NCBI GenBank assembly: GCA_965242705.1
Contig: OZ251486.1
Location: 202,736-266,735 of the forward strand
Source: Bryobacterales bacterium
GTDB lineage: Bacteria > Acidobacteriota > Terriglobia > Bryobacterales > UBA6623
Length of the DNA stretch: 64,000 nucleotides
Reading direction: 5' to 3'
The translations under genes were made by a program, and so were the position numbers. Positions 28,601-40,559 of this stretch are shown here, piece by piece; position 1 is the first letter of the stretch; each line of letters starts with the position of its first letter. Under the pieces are notes generated by a model that saw nothing but the letters and a program-made list of their open reading frames with translations, did no database searches and was not told the origin of the DNA.

Positions 28601-29934
28601 ACTTCAATGGGGCCGGGGTCTTTCGACCCCGGAAATTCCTTGCCCCACCACCCGGCCTTCTCGAATTTTTCCTCACTTCAATGGGGCCGGGGTCTTTCGA
28701 CCCCGGAAATATCTACGACCAGGCGCGGGCCAACGTCGTCGTCGTACTTCAATGGGGCCGGGGTCTTTCGACCCCGGAAATACGCCGTCCGTATCGACCT
28801 GGCCGGCGCCGGCGAGGTACTTCAATGGGGCCGGGGTCTTTCGACCCCGGAAATGGGCTGCGGCTGGGTCATGTGGCCTTTCTGGGGGCGACTTCAATGG
28901 GGCCGGGGTCTTTCGACCCCGGAAATATTCGATCTCACCCCGAAGAATTTTCCCGATGTGTCACTTCAATGGGGCCGGGGTCTTTCGACCCCGGAAATCA
29001 TTTTTTCCCGCAACTGCTTGATGCAGTCCGGAATACTTCAATGGGGCCGGGGTCTTTCGACCCCGGAAATGTTTTCCACTGGTGCTTGTTGATGGTGCAC
29101 CCTCCAAACTTCAATGGGGCCGGGGTCTTTCGACCCCGGAAATTTCCGCCGCCAAGGGGGATTTCGCGCGGCGGAGCCGCACTTCAATGGGGCCGGGGTC
29201 TTTCGACCCCGGAAATGCCCTGGGTCGGATTTTCGAAAAATCGATGGATCAGACTTCAATGGGGCCGGGGTCTTTCGACCCCGGAAATAAAGTTTATCAG
29301 AATCATCCGTAGATAATTCTGATACTTCAATGGGGCCGGGGTCTTTCGACCCCGGAAATCTCTCTTTCCCGCTAAGCGCGATTCCCCGGCGTCTCACTTC
29401 AATGGGGCCGGGGTCTTTCGACCCCGGAAATGCCCAATGGCCAAGATGAGCGGAAACACCTTCGCCACTTCAATGGGGCCGGGGTCTTTCGACCCCGGAA
29501 ATTACCGACTGTATTTGTGTCGCCTTCATAAGATATTGACTTCAATGGGGCCGGGGTCTTTCGACCCCGGAAATAACCCACGTTGTCGGAATCGACAAGA
29601 AGGGTAACAGAACTTCAATGGGGCCGGGGTCTTTCGACCCCGGAAATCCCGGAATGAATCTTGTGCTTAGGTATAAGATTATTACTTCAATGGGGCCGGG
29701 GTCTTTCGACCCCGGAAATAGGTTATGGCGCGGGCGAAGCCCGCCTTGATAGCCGACTTCAATGGGGCCGGGGTCTTTCGACCCCGGAAATAAGAAGGAA
29801 GGAACAAACAATGATTGAACGCGAAATACTTCAATGGGGCCGGGGTCTTTCGACCCCGGAAATGGGCGGGCGAAGCCCGCCTCGATAACCGCAACAAAAC
29901 TTCAATGGGGCCGGGGTCTTTCGACCCCGGAAAT
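28601..29934 (-). repeat. block of 19 consecutive variant CRISPR repeats (plus-strand position 1 G->A, giving ACTTCAATGG...)
   Basis: The repeats starting at 28601, 28675, 28746, 28819, 28891, 28963, 29035, 29108, 29181, 29253, 29324, 29396, 29467, 29539, 29612, 29684, 29756, 29828 and 29899 all begin with A. The flanking repeats at 28529 and 29970 begin with G, as did every other repeat I read. Confidence 0.9.
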
Positions 29935-30224
29935 ATGCTCCGCCTCATCCGCGCCGATGCGGTGAGCAAGCTTCAATGGGGCCGGGGTCTTTCGACCCCG
30001 GAAATAGCGCCCGCCACAGGGCGGCCACGGTTGGCGCATTCGCTTCAATGGGGCCGGGGTCTTTCGACCCCGGAAATGACGGCGCTGACTGTCCGGGCGT
30101 TGGAGACGGAAGCGGGCTTCAATGGGGCCGGGGTCTTTCGACCCCGGAAATTCCGATGCATACGCTCACCCTCGATTCCGGCCACCCGGCTTCAATGGGG
30201 CCGGGGTCTTTCGACCCCGGAAAT

Positions 30225-30332
30225 CAATCCCAGCCCGACTTCGACGACGAAGACATCTTCGCTTCAATGGGGCCGGGGTCTTTCGACCCCGGAAATCAAT
30301 CCCAGCCCGACTTCGACGACGAAGACATCTTC
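30225..30332 (-). repeat. tandem duplication of one spacer-repeat unit inside the array
   Basis: The spacer CAATCCCAGCCCGACTTCGACGACGAAGACATCTTC occurs at 30225-30260 and again, identically, at 30297-30332, in adjacent units. Confidence 0.95.
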
Positions 30333-33300
30333 GCTTCAATGGGGCCGGGGTCTTTCGACCCCGGAAATGGGGGGCGGTGAGGTGAAGGTGTTGATAGCGT
30401 CAGGCTTCAATGGGGCCGGGGTCTTTCGACCCCGGAAATGCGCCGGGGGTCGATTGTGATAATTGCGGTTGCCGTGCTTCAATGGGGCCGGGGTCTTTCG
30501 ACCCCGGAAATGACTGGATTGCCATGCAGCAGCAAAAGCAAGCCGCCGGCTTCAATGGGGCCGGGGTCTTTCGACCCCGGAAATGCCTGACGCCATGCCC
30601 CATCCGAAGCAATACATCGTCGCTTCAATGGGGCCGGGGTCTTTCGACCCCGGAAATCTGCATTGCGCCATTCCGTGGAGTCCAAGCCGTGGCGGGCTTC
30701 AATGGGGCCGGGGTCTTTCGACCCCGGAAATCGGGGGCGGTCGTTCGGGCGGCCGCTCGGCGGTCGCGCTTCAATGGGGCCGGGGTCTTTCGACCCCGGA
30801 AATCCAAGCAGCCCGATGGGCCGCCAGCGAAAACCAAAAGGCTTCAATGGGGCCGGGGTCTTTCGACCCCGGAAATGCCTTCGAGCGGCGCGAATCGCAA
30901 GGCGCAATCACCGCTTCAATGGGGCCGGGGTCTTTCGACCCCGGAAATGAAGAAATGGAAACTGATCTTCCAAACCCAAAACTGCTTCAATGGGGCCGGG
31001 GTCTTTCGACCCCGGAAATGCGCCGGCAGCCATCCAAGCGGCGCTGAAGCGCCTCGCTTCAATGGGGCCGGGGTCTTTCGACCCCGGAAATCAGGTCGGA
31101 CGGCTCAACTCCGTCTTGAATCCCTCGCTTCAATGGGGCCGGGGTCTTTCGACCCCGGAAATCAGCGGCTCCCCAAGCACCAGAGACGCCGGATCGTAAG
31201 CTTCAATGGGGCCGGGGTCTTTCGACCCCGGAAATCGGCTTGGGGGTCGGCGTAATCGGAGACGGCTTCGTCGCTTCAATGGGGCCGGGGTCTTTCGACC
31301 CCGGAAATGCGTGTCCCATCCCAAGCAAACGAGTACCGGGTCGATGCTTCAATGGGGCCGGGGTCTTTCGACCCCGGAAATGGCGCCAACTGCGACCGGC
31401 CGCCCCATGACGCCGGTTGCTTCAATGGGGCCGGGGTCTTTCGACCCCGGAAATGCGTTCAACCGCATTTGATTTTGGCTGATGAGCCTTCGGCTTCAAT
31501 GGGGCCGGGGTCTTTCGACCCCGGAAATCGGGGGGTGTCGCATGATCCGCCGCGGGACCGTAATCGCTTCAATGGGGCCGGGGTCTTTCGACCCCGGAAA
31601 TATAGCCCAAGCGGTCTATCGCGGCTACGCGGTCATCGCTTCAATGGGGCCGGGGTCTTTCGACCCCGGAAATGGGCTTTGGCGATCGCGAGGCGGCGGA
31701 GGCCTGGGGCGCTTCAATGGGGCCGGGGTCTTTCGACCCCGGAAATGGGAAAGAAAAATGACGAATCGCGGCGAAGCGGTGGCTTCAATGGGGCCGGGGT
31801 CTTTCGACCCCGGAAATGCCGAGATGTTCCGTTTTCAGGAGTTAGGCAGCCGCGCTTCAATGGGGCCGGGGTCTTTCGACCCCGGAAATCCGCTGGTCGG
31901 GCTGTGGGCCGACAGCAACCGCTTCGCTTCAATGGGGCCGGGGTCTTTCGACCCCGGAAATATCCGGCGCTTGCGGCCCGGCGCCGCTGCCGGGCGGGCT
32001 TCAATGGGGCCGGGGTCTTTCGACCCCGGAAATCACCAGCGGCGCTTGCAGCGCGGAAACGCTCGACTGGCTTCAATGGGGCCGGGGTCTTTCGACCCCG
32101 GAAATGCCTGGAGATAAGCAATGAGACGTACGTATACGTCGTGCTTCAATGGGGCCGGGGTCTTTCGACCCCGGAAATTTGGTCTTGGTGTCGGTCTTGG
32201 CGGCGGCCGCATACGGCTTCAATGGGGCCGGGGTCTTTCGACCCCGGAAATGCGATGCGGGCGAGCAGCGCCGCTTTCTCCGTTTGGCTTCAATGGGGCC
32301 GGGGTCTTTCGACCCCGGAAATCTGCCCAGTCGCCTTTGGTATGCCGAAGGCAGATACGCTTCAATGGGGCCGGGGTCTTTCGACCCCGGAAATGTGCAG
32401 GGCGCAGAGAAACCCGGCGGTGGCAAGATAGCTTCAATGGGGCCGGGGTCTTTCGACCCCGGAAATGTTCAGCGCCGCATCATCGCGGCGCGAACAACCG
32501 GCCCGGCTTCAATGGGGCCGGGGTCTTTCGACCCCGGAAATGCGCCGTATCGGAAACGGAAAAGATGCCAAATCCGATAGCTTCAATGGGGCCGGGGTCT
32601 TTCGACCCCGGAAATCAGTCGAGCGTTTCCGCGCTGCAAGCGCCGGCGGTGCTTCAATGGGGCCGGGGTCTTTCGACCCCGGAAATACGCGCATTGGCGG
32701 AACGAGTTCGTGTAGGTACGAGCTTCAATGGGGCCGGGGTCTTTCGACCCCGGAAATCAGAAAATGATCGGGCAGCTAAACCAGCTTCGGCAGGCTTCAA
32801 TGGGGCCGGGGTCTTTCGACCCCGGAAATGCGCTCATAGACAGTAAGCTGCACGCGCCCGTCATCGCTTCAATGGGGCCGGGGTCTTTCGACCCCGGAAA
32901 TCGCCGCCTGCTGCGCGTTGCCGCGCCGCTTCGCGGTGCTTCAATGGGGCCGGGGTCTTTCGACCCCGGAAATTCCAACTGCAGGCGCGATTTGACTTGC
33001 GGCGCGATGCTTCAATGGGGCCGGGGTCTTTCGACCCCGGAAATGCCTTCCCCCTTGCCCTCCGCGCCGTCGGAGGCCAAGCTTCAATGGGGCCGGGGTC
33101 TTTCGACCCCGGAAATCGCCATTGCCGGCGTTACGGCTGCGATGCTTGCGGGTGCTTCAATGGGGCCGGGGTCTTTCGACCCCGGAAATGGCGGCGAAGC
33201 AGGCCGAGATCGAAGCGCTGGAAGGCGCTTCAATGGGGCCGGGGTCTTTCGACCCCGGAAATGCCGAATCCGCGCGTTGCCAACTCCCGCATATACTCCG

Positions 33301-36300
33301 CTTCAATGGGGCCGGGGTCTTTCGACCCCGGAAATTTGAGTGGAGGCAAAGGCATGATCGCGAATTCCGAAGCTTCAATGGGGCCGGGGTCTTTCGACCC
33401 CGGAAATAAGCTGGAGATGGATACGAAGCAGAACCGGTTCCGCTAGCTTCAATGGGGCCGGGGTCTTTCGACCCCGGAAATGCCGGTTGGCACCATCATC
33501 ATGCACCGGCGGCCCGAGCTTCAATGGGGCCGGGGTCTTTCGACCCCGGAAATGTGACCGGCTTGCCGGCGCGCCGCTCGATCTCGGTCGCTTCAATGGG
33601 GCCGGGGTCTTTCGACCCCGGAAATCGGACATGGGTATTAAATAGTGGATGGAAAATTATCGCTTCAATGGGGCCGGGGTCTTTCGACCCCGGAAATCTT
33701 CATGTCCCACGTCGAAATCTTGAATCCAGCGGCTGCTTCAATGGGGCCGGGGTCTTTCGACCCCGGAAATATTCCGTTCCACGATTGAATGGTATCACGG
33801 GCTATTTGCTTCAATGGGGCCGGGGTCTTTCGACCCCGGAAATAGACGGCGGAATCGGAATTTCGCGAGAAGATAGCGAGCTTCAATGGGGCCGGGGTCT
33901 TTCGACCCCGGAAATCAGCACTTCCCACGCCTTTGGCTTTGGATTCAATGCGCTTCAATGGGGCCGGGGTCTTTCGACCCCGGAAATCCCCACCCACCAC
34001 CGCAAACCCCCCCCGCAGATGATCGCTTCAATGGGGCCGGGGTCTTTCGACCCCGGAAATGGCCGAAGCGCGGCGGAAGCAGGCGGCGGCCGAAGCCGGC
34101 TTCAATGGGGCCGGGGTCTTTCGACCCCGGAAATTTGCCCAGGGTCCTCAAAGACAAAGATAAACAAATGGCTTCAATGGGGCCGGGGTCTTTCGACCCC
34201 GGAAATTTATTTGTACCAGAAGGCTTTTATTTTCACTCAGAGGCTTCAATGGGGCCGGGGTCTTTCGACCCCGGAAATCTGTAGCTGAGAAGAATGCTGC
34301 GACAAGGCAAGCTGCTTCAATGGGGCCGGGGTCTTTCGACCCCGGAAATTCCAACCGTCATCAACGACGTGACCCGCACTATCGGTGCTTCAATGGGGCC
34401 GGGGTCTTTCGACCCCGGAAATGATTGACGAAAGCCGCATACCACGCAGCGCGGCGGCGCTTCAATGGGGCCGGGGTCTTTCGACCCCGGAAATAAGGAA
34501 ACCGAGGCGGACGCCGCCTGGGTAGCCTCGGCTTCAATGGGGCCGGGGTCTTTCGACCCCGGAAATCGGCGGGAATTCCCGCGTGATCCACGCGCGGACG
34601 GTCGCTTCAATGGGGCCGGGGTCTTTCGACCCCGGAAATCGCGGTCTGGATGATTTCCGTCCCGGTCTTCGTGGTGCTTCAATGGGGCCGGGGTCTTTCG
34701 ACCCCGGAAATATTGACGCGCCCATCGTCCGCCCGAAGATAATCAATGCTTCAATGGGGCCGGGGTCTTTCGACCCCGGAAATGGGGAGGCCTGGGGGTG
34801 ACGGAGCAGACGGTAGCCCAGGCTTCAATGGGGCCGGGGTCTTTCGACCCCGGAAATCGGCAACGGCCACACAGGCGGACGCATCGGCCAGACGCTTCAA
34901 TGGGGCCGGGGTCTTTCGACCCCGGAAATGCGCAGCCAGTACGTGCGCTTCTGGAGCGTCAATCCGCTTCAATGGGGCCGGGGTCTTTCGACCCCGGAAA
35001 TTACCGACCCGGGGTTGCGCGCGGCGTGGGCATTGGCGGCTTCAATGGGGCCGGGGTCTTTCGACCCCGGAAATAGGCCGAAACCACGGCGGCAGGGACG
35101 CCGACGAAACGGCTTCAATGGGGCCGGGGTCTTTCGACCCCGGAAATAAGCAAGTGAAAATCACGGATAGCCGGATACCGCGAAGCTTCAATGGGGCCGG
35201 GGTCTTTCGACCCCGGAAATGTTGGCGGGCAACCACGGCTATGTTTTCCAACTGCTTGCTTCAATGGGGCCGGGGTCTTTCGACCCCGGAAATCCGCATA
35301 CCGGAAAGCGACGGCAACATGCCCATCGTGCTTCAATGGGGCCGGGGTCTTTCGACCCCGGAAATTTGCGTGACGCCCACTTGCTCCTGTCGAAGCTGGT
35401 TGCTTCAATGGGGCCGGGGTCTTTCGACCCCGGAAATGTCTTTCCCACGGCTTCGCTGCCATATCCTTACCTGCTTCAATGGGGCCGGGGTCTTTCGACC
35501 CCGGAAATGAGAAGCAGTTCCAACAGCAGGTCATCGACCTGGCGGCTTCAATGGGGCCGGGGTCTTTCGACCCCGGAAATGCGCAAGCATCGAAACGGCC
35601 AGTCCGAGCAAGTAAAGCTTCAATGGGGCCGGGGTCTTTCGACCCCGGAAATGACCGAACCCTGGTTGTTCAGATTCTTGACGCCCCAGCTTCAATGGGG
35701 CCGGGGTCTTTCGACCCCGGAAATACGCCGATACACCACCGGCACGTGGTGGCACAGGTCGCTTCAATGGGGCCGGGGTCTTTCGACCCCGGAAATCATT
35801 TGGTCGGCGAGTGCGATGCGGTCGACGAGGAAGCTTCAATGGGGCCGGGGTCTTTCGACCCCGGAAATGCGATTACCACCACAAGGCGACTTCGGCGATA
35901 GCCGCTTCAATGGGGCCGGGGTCTTTCGACCCCGGAAATTTGCTTGTTGTCTTGCCAACGCAGAGTGCTATCGGAGCTTCAATGGGGCCGGGGTCTTTCG
36001 ACCCCGGAAATGTGGCGAGCGGCACCACGGCGGCGCCTCTGGCGCATGGCTTCAATGGGGCCGGGGTCTTTCGACCCCGGAAATGGCGACCGTCACGCGA
36101 AATGCAATGGATGCTGCCAGGCTTCAATGGGGCCGGGGTCTTTCGACCCCGGAAATCGGACGGGCGGACGGCCATCACGATGGCCGTCCACACGCTTCAA
36201 TGGGGCCGGGGTCTTTCGACCCCGGAAATCAGGTGACAAGGCTGTGAAAAACTACGCCAAAGAAGCTTCAATGGGGCCGGGGTCTTTCGACCCCGGAAAT

Positions 36301-39300
36301 ATCGTCTGCTTCGGCGAATGTTCCGTAATGCAATTGCTTCAATGGGGCCGGGGTCTTTCGACCCCGGAAATGTGGCCTTTGCAGCGGATAACGACGGCGA
36401 CTTCGCCGCTTCAATGGGGCCGGGGTCTTTCGACCCCGGAAATGCGGCTCCTTCTGCCAATGCCAGGGATTACCCTGCCCCGCTTCAATGGGGCCGGGGT
36501 CTTTCGACCCCGGAAATGCGGTCAGCGCCGTCCGCGAAGAAGCGGACGACGCCGCTTCAATGGGGCCGGGGTCTTTCGACCCCGGAAATGGGTTGATCCA
36601 CGGCACTCGCGCCGCTTGGCTCTCGCTTCAATGGGGCCGGGGTCTTTCGACCCCGGAAATATGCGGCTGCGCTCCAGGTCCTCGGCTCCGCGCTCGAGCT
36701 TCAATGGGGCCGGGGTCTTTCGACCCCGGAAATGCGACGCTGCCAAAGCGGTACTGGACGCGCGCCGAGGGCTTCAATGGGGCCGGGGTCTTTCGACCCC
36801 GGAAATGGCGCGGTTCGGCGCCCCGCCCGCATTCCCAAGACCAGCTTCAATGGGGCCGGGGTCTTTCGACCCCGGAAATTCGCTGGCTATCGCCGGCGCG
36901 CTGAGCGGCGCTGTCGCTTCAATGGGGCCGGGGTCTTTCGACCCCGGAAATCTGCCGCCATGCCGGATTACTGGAAGGGCTGGGTGGAGCTTCAATGGGG
37001 CCGGGGTCTTTCGACCCCGGAAATGACGTGATGATCGCATGGGCCGGCGATCCCGCGCTGGCTTCAATGGGGCCGGGGTCTTTCGACCCCGGAAATGGTT
37101 CGTCGGCACACAATCAGGATAGCGCTTACGGCACGCTTCAATGGGGCCGGGGTCTTTCGACCCCGGAAATATCCGCTCGTGCGCCAACCAAAGACATCGC
37201 GGCTGCCGCTTCAATGGGGCCGGGGTCTTTCGACCCCGGAAATGCGACCGGCTACGGCATGGGCATGGCTGACCACCTTGCTTCAATGGGGCCGGGGTCT
37301 TTCGACCCCGGAAATTCGAAGACGGCTGGCAACAGGTCAAGGTCTCCGGCGCTTCAATGGGGCCGGGGTCTTTCGACCCCGGAAATGTCGCAACGGCTGC
37401 CGGTTACGCCGCGCGCTGCAAGGCTTCAATGGGGCCGGGGTCTTTCGACCCCGGAAATACGCGCCACATCACGGAACAAAACCCCGCGCTGTTGGGCTTC
37501 AATGGGGCCGGGGTCTTTCGACCCCGGAAATGCGCATTACGGAGCGCGGCGTGGATGCGGTTGCCGCGCTTCAATGGGGCCGGGGTCTTTCGACCCCGGA
37601 AATCTGCGTGGCGGTCACTACCGGAACGAATACGGCTTCGCTTCAATGGGGCCGGGGTCTTTCGACCCCGGAAATGCGCATCAACCTGCCCCTGTTGCCT
37701 CAGAACCAAGAGGCTTCAATGGGGCCGGGGTCTTTCGACCCCGGAAATATGGATGGGATCGGAAGCCCCGGCTGCGGTATCCGGCTTCAATGGGGCCGGG
37801 GTCTTTCGACCCCGGAAATATGATGTGCGCCAAGCCTTCGCACGGCCCGGCGCTGCTTCAATGGGGCCGGGGTCTTTCGACCCCGGAAATCAGTGGCAAA
37901 GCGGAGGCAACGTCAGCGCCGGATGGGCTTCAATGGGGCCGGGGTCTTTCGACCCCGGAAATGGGAGCGCTTGTTGCACTTTTCCAAAACCACAGACATG
38001 CTTCAATGGGGCCGGGGTCTTTCGACCCCGGAAATGCGCATGGTCGGTATCCGTAGTCAATGGGCTGGGGCGCTTCAATGGGGCCGGGGTCTTTCGACCC
38101 CGGAAATATGCCCTTGGTGACGGCTTCGGACAGCCAGTGCGTGCTTCAATGGGGCCGGGGTCTTTCGACCCCGGAAATCGGAACCACAGTCGCCGCTTGG
38201 CGGAAAGCAGCAAAGCTTCAATGGGGCCGGGGTCTTTCGACCCCGGAAATGGGTGCCTTTTGGCGCATGTTTAGAAGCAGCGTCCAGCTTCAATGGGGCC
38301 GGGGTCTTTCGACCCCGGAAATCTGAGGTTGACGGCCGTCATTTTGTGCGCTTTGGCGGCTTCAATGGGGCCGGGGTCTTTCGACCCCGGAAATGATTTT
38401 GGCGGCGGTCATTGGTCTTGCTCTCGGAAAGCTTCAATGGGGCCGGGGTCTTTCGACCCCGGAAATGAAAGACATCGAACGCGCCGAATGGGACGCCTAC
38501 GGCTTCAATGGGGCCGGGGTCTTTCGACCCCGGAAATACGACAAACCCGTACGCATTGTCTCGAATATCCAAGTGCTTCAATGGGGCCGGGGTCTTTCGA
38601 CCCCGGAAATGCCATCGCATCGGCCACCTCGATGACTTTCTTTGCGGCTTCAATGGGGCCGGGGTCTTTCGACCCCGGAAATGCGAATGGCGAAAAGCAT
38701 ATCGCGCCGTACTGCGGGCTTCAATGGGGCCGGGGTCTTTCGACCCCGGAAATCGGACGCGATGGGCGTTCGGGGAACCAACCGCAAGGCTTCAATGGGG
38801 CCGGGGTCTTTCGACCCCGGAAATGCGACAAATGCGACGATTTCTAATCCTCGCCACGCTGCTTCAATGGGGCCGGGGTCTTTCGACCCCGGAAATGCGT
38901 GTCCCATCCCAAGCAAACGAGTACCGGGTCGATGCTTCAATGGGGCCGGGGTCTTTCGACCCCGGAAATCAGCCGCCCGGCTTCCGTTGCCCATTGCAAC
39001 GGCCCGCTTCAATGGGGCCGGGGTCTTTCGACCCCGGAAATGGCGGACGCTTGGACGGCGCCGAGCGGGAGTTGAACGCTTCAATGGGGCCGGGGTCTTT
39101 CGACCCCGGAAATATGAGTCCTTCCTTTCGGTTATCTCCACCGCAGCCTGCTTCAATGGGGCCGGGGTCTTTCGACCCCGGAAATAAGGTCAACGCAAGC
39201 GTCGTTGACGGAATCCATGCGGCTTCAATGGGGCCGGGGTCTTTCGACCCCGGAAATCCCCGCGCCGGATCAGGTCCCGACCGACCAGGCCGAGCTTCAA

Positions 39301-40559
39301 TGGGGCCGGGGTCTTTCGACCCCGGAAATCATGGAGCCGCTGAAATGCTTCCGGGCCGTCACCAAGCTTCAATGGGGCCGGGGTCTTTCGACCCCGGAAA
39401 TCGCCGAATGCCTGATCGAGGCGCCCGACGACAAAGCGGCTTCAATGGGGCCGGGGTCTTTCGACCCCGGAAATAGCATCCGCGCCTTTGGCTGGCAACA
39501 GCCGCTCGTAGGCTTCAATGGGGCCGGGGTCTTTCGACCCCGGAAATACCTTGACGCACGGCTGTGGCAAGCGCCGCCGACCGTCGCTTCAATGGGGCCG
39601 GGGTCTTTCGACCCCGGAAATATGGCGGTCGCTGTCGAGTTTGTCTTCAATGGCGCGGCTTCAATGGGGCCGGGGTCTTTCGACCCCGGAAATGCGCTGG
39701 CCAGCATCGAGGCCGACCAAGCCGCCGCCGCTTCAATGGGGCCGGGGTCTTTCGACCCCGGAAATATTGGAGTCCCTGGAACAACTCTCCGCCCAAGCAT
39801 GGCTTCAATGGGGCCGGGGTCTTTCGACCCCGGAAATTCACCTTAACCCGCAGATGGTCAGGCCGGATACAGTGCTTCAATGGGGCCGGGGTCTTTCGAC
39901 CCCGGAAATGCGCGCAATGCGCCAGCATTCGAGAGCGGTACGAAGCTTCAATGGGGCCGGGGTCTTTCGACCCCGGAAATGACGGCGACGCGGCGGAGTT
40001 GGCCGCCTTGGCCGTCGCTTCAATGGGGCCGGGGTCTTTCGACCCCGGAAATAGGCACCTCATGGCCGAAATCACCCGGCTACAAGAGGCTTCAATGGGG
40101 CCGGGGTCTTTCGACCCCGGAAATCTGGCAAAGCGGCAACGCAAGCCAGAATGCGAGGCAGCTTCAATGGGGCCGGGGTCTTTCGACCCCGGAAATACAT
40201 TGCCAATGCGAATCTCATTGGCCAGAATCATTTGCTTCAATGGGGCCGGGGTCTTTCGACCCCGGAAATGTAGGCCTGTTTGACCCGCAGATGGTCGACT
40301 TCGGCGCTTCAATGGGGCCGGGGTCTTTCGACCCCGGAAATGTCGTGCTGCACCGAGTTTCCGAAACCGAAGCCGAAAGGCTTCAATGGGGCCGGGGTCT
40401 TTCGACCCCGGAAATCGGCTACGACCATCGCGCCTACGTCCATCCCGCCACGCTTCAATGGGGCCGGGGTCTTTCGACCCCGGAAATATCGCCGGAATCA
40501 TCTACGCCGCCATCTACACGGGCGCTTCAATGGGGCCGGGGTCTTTCGACCCCGGAAAT

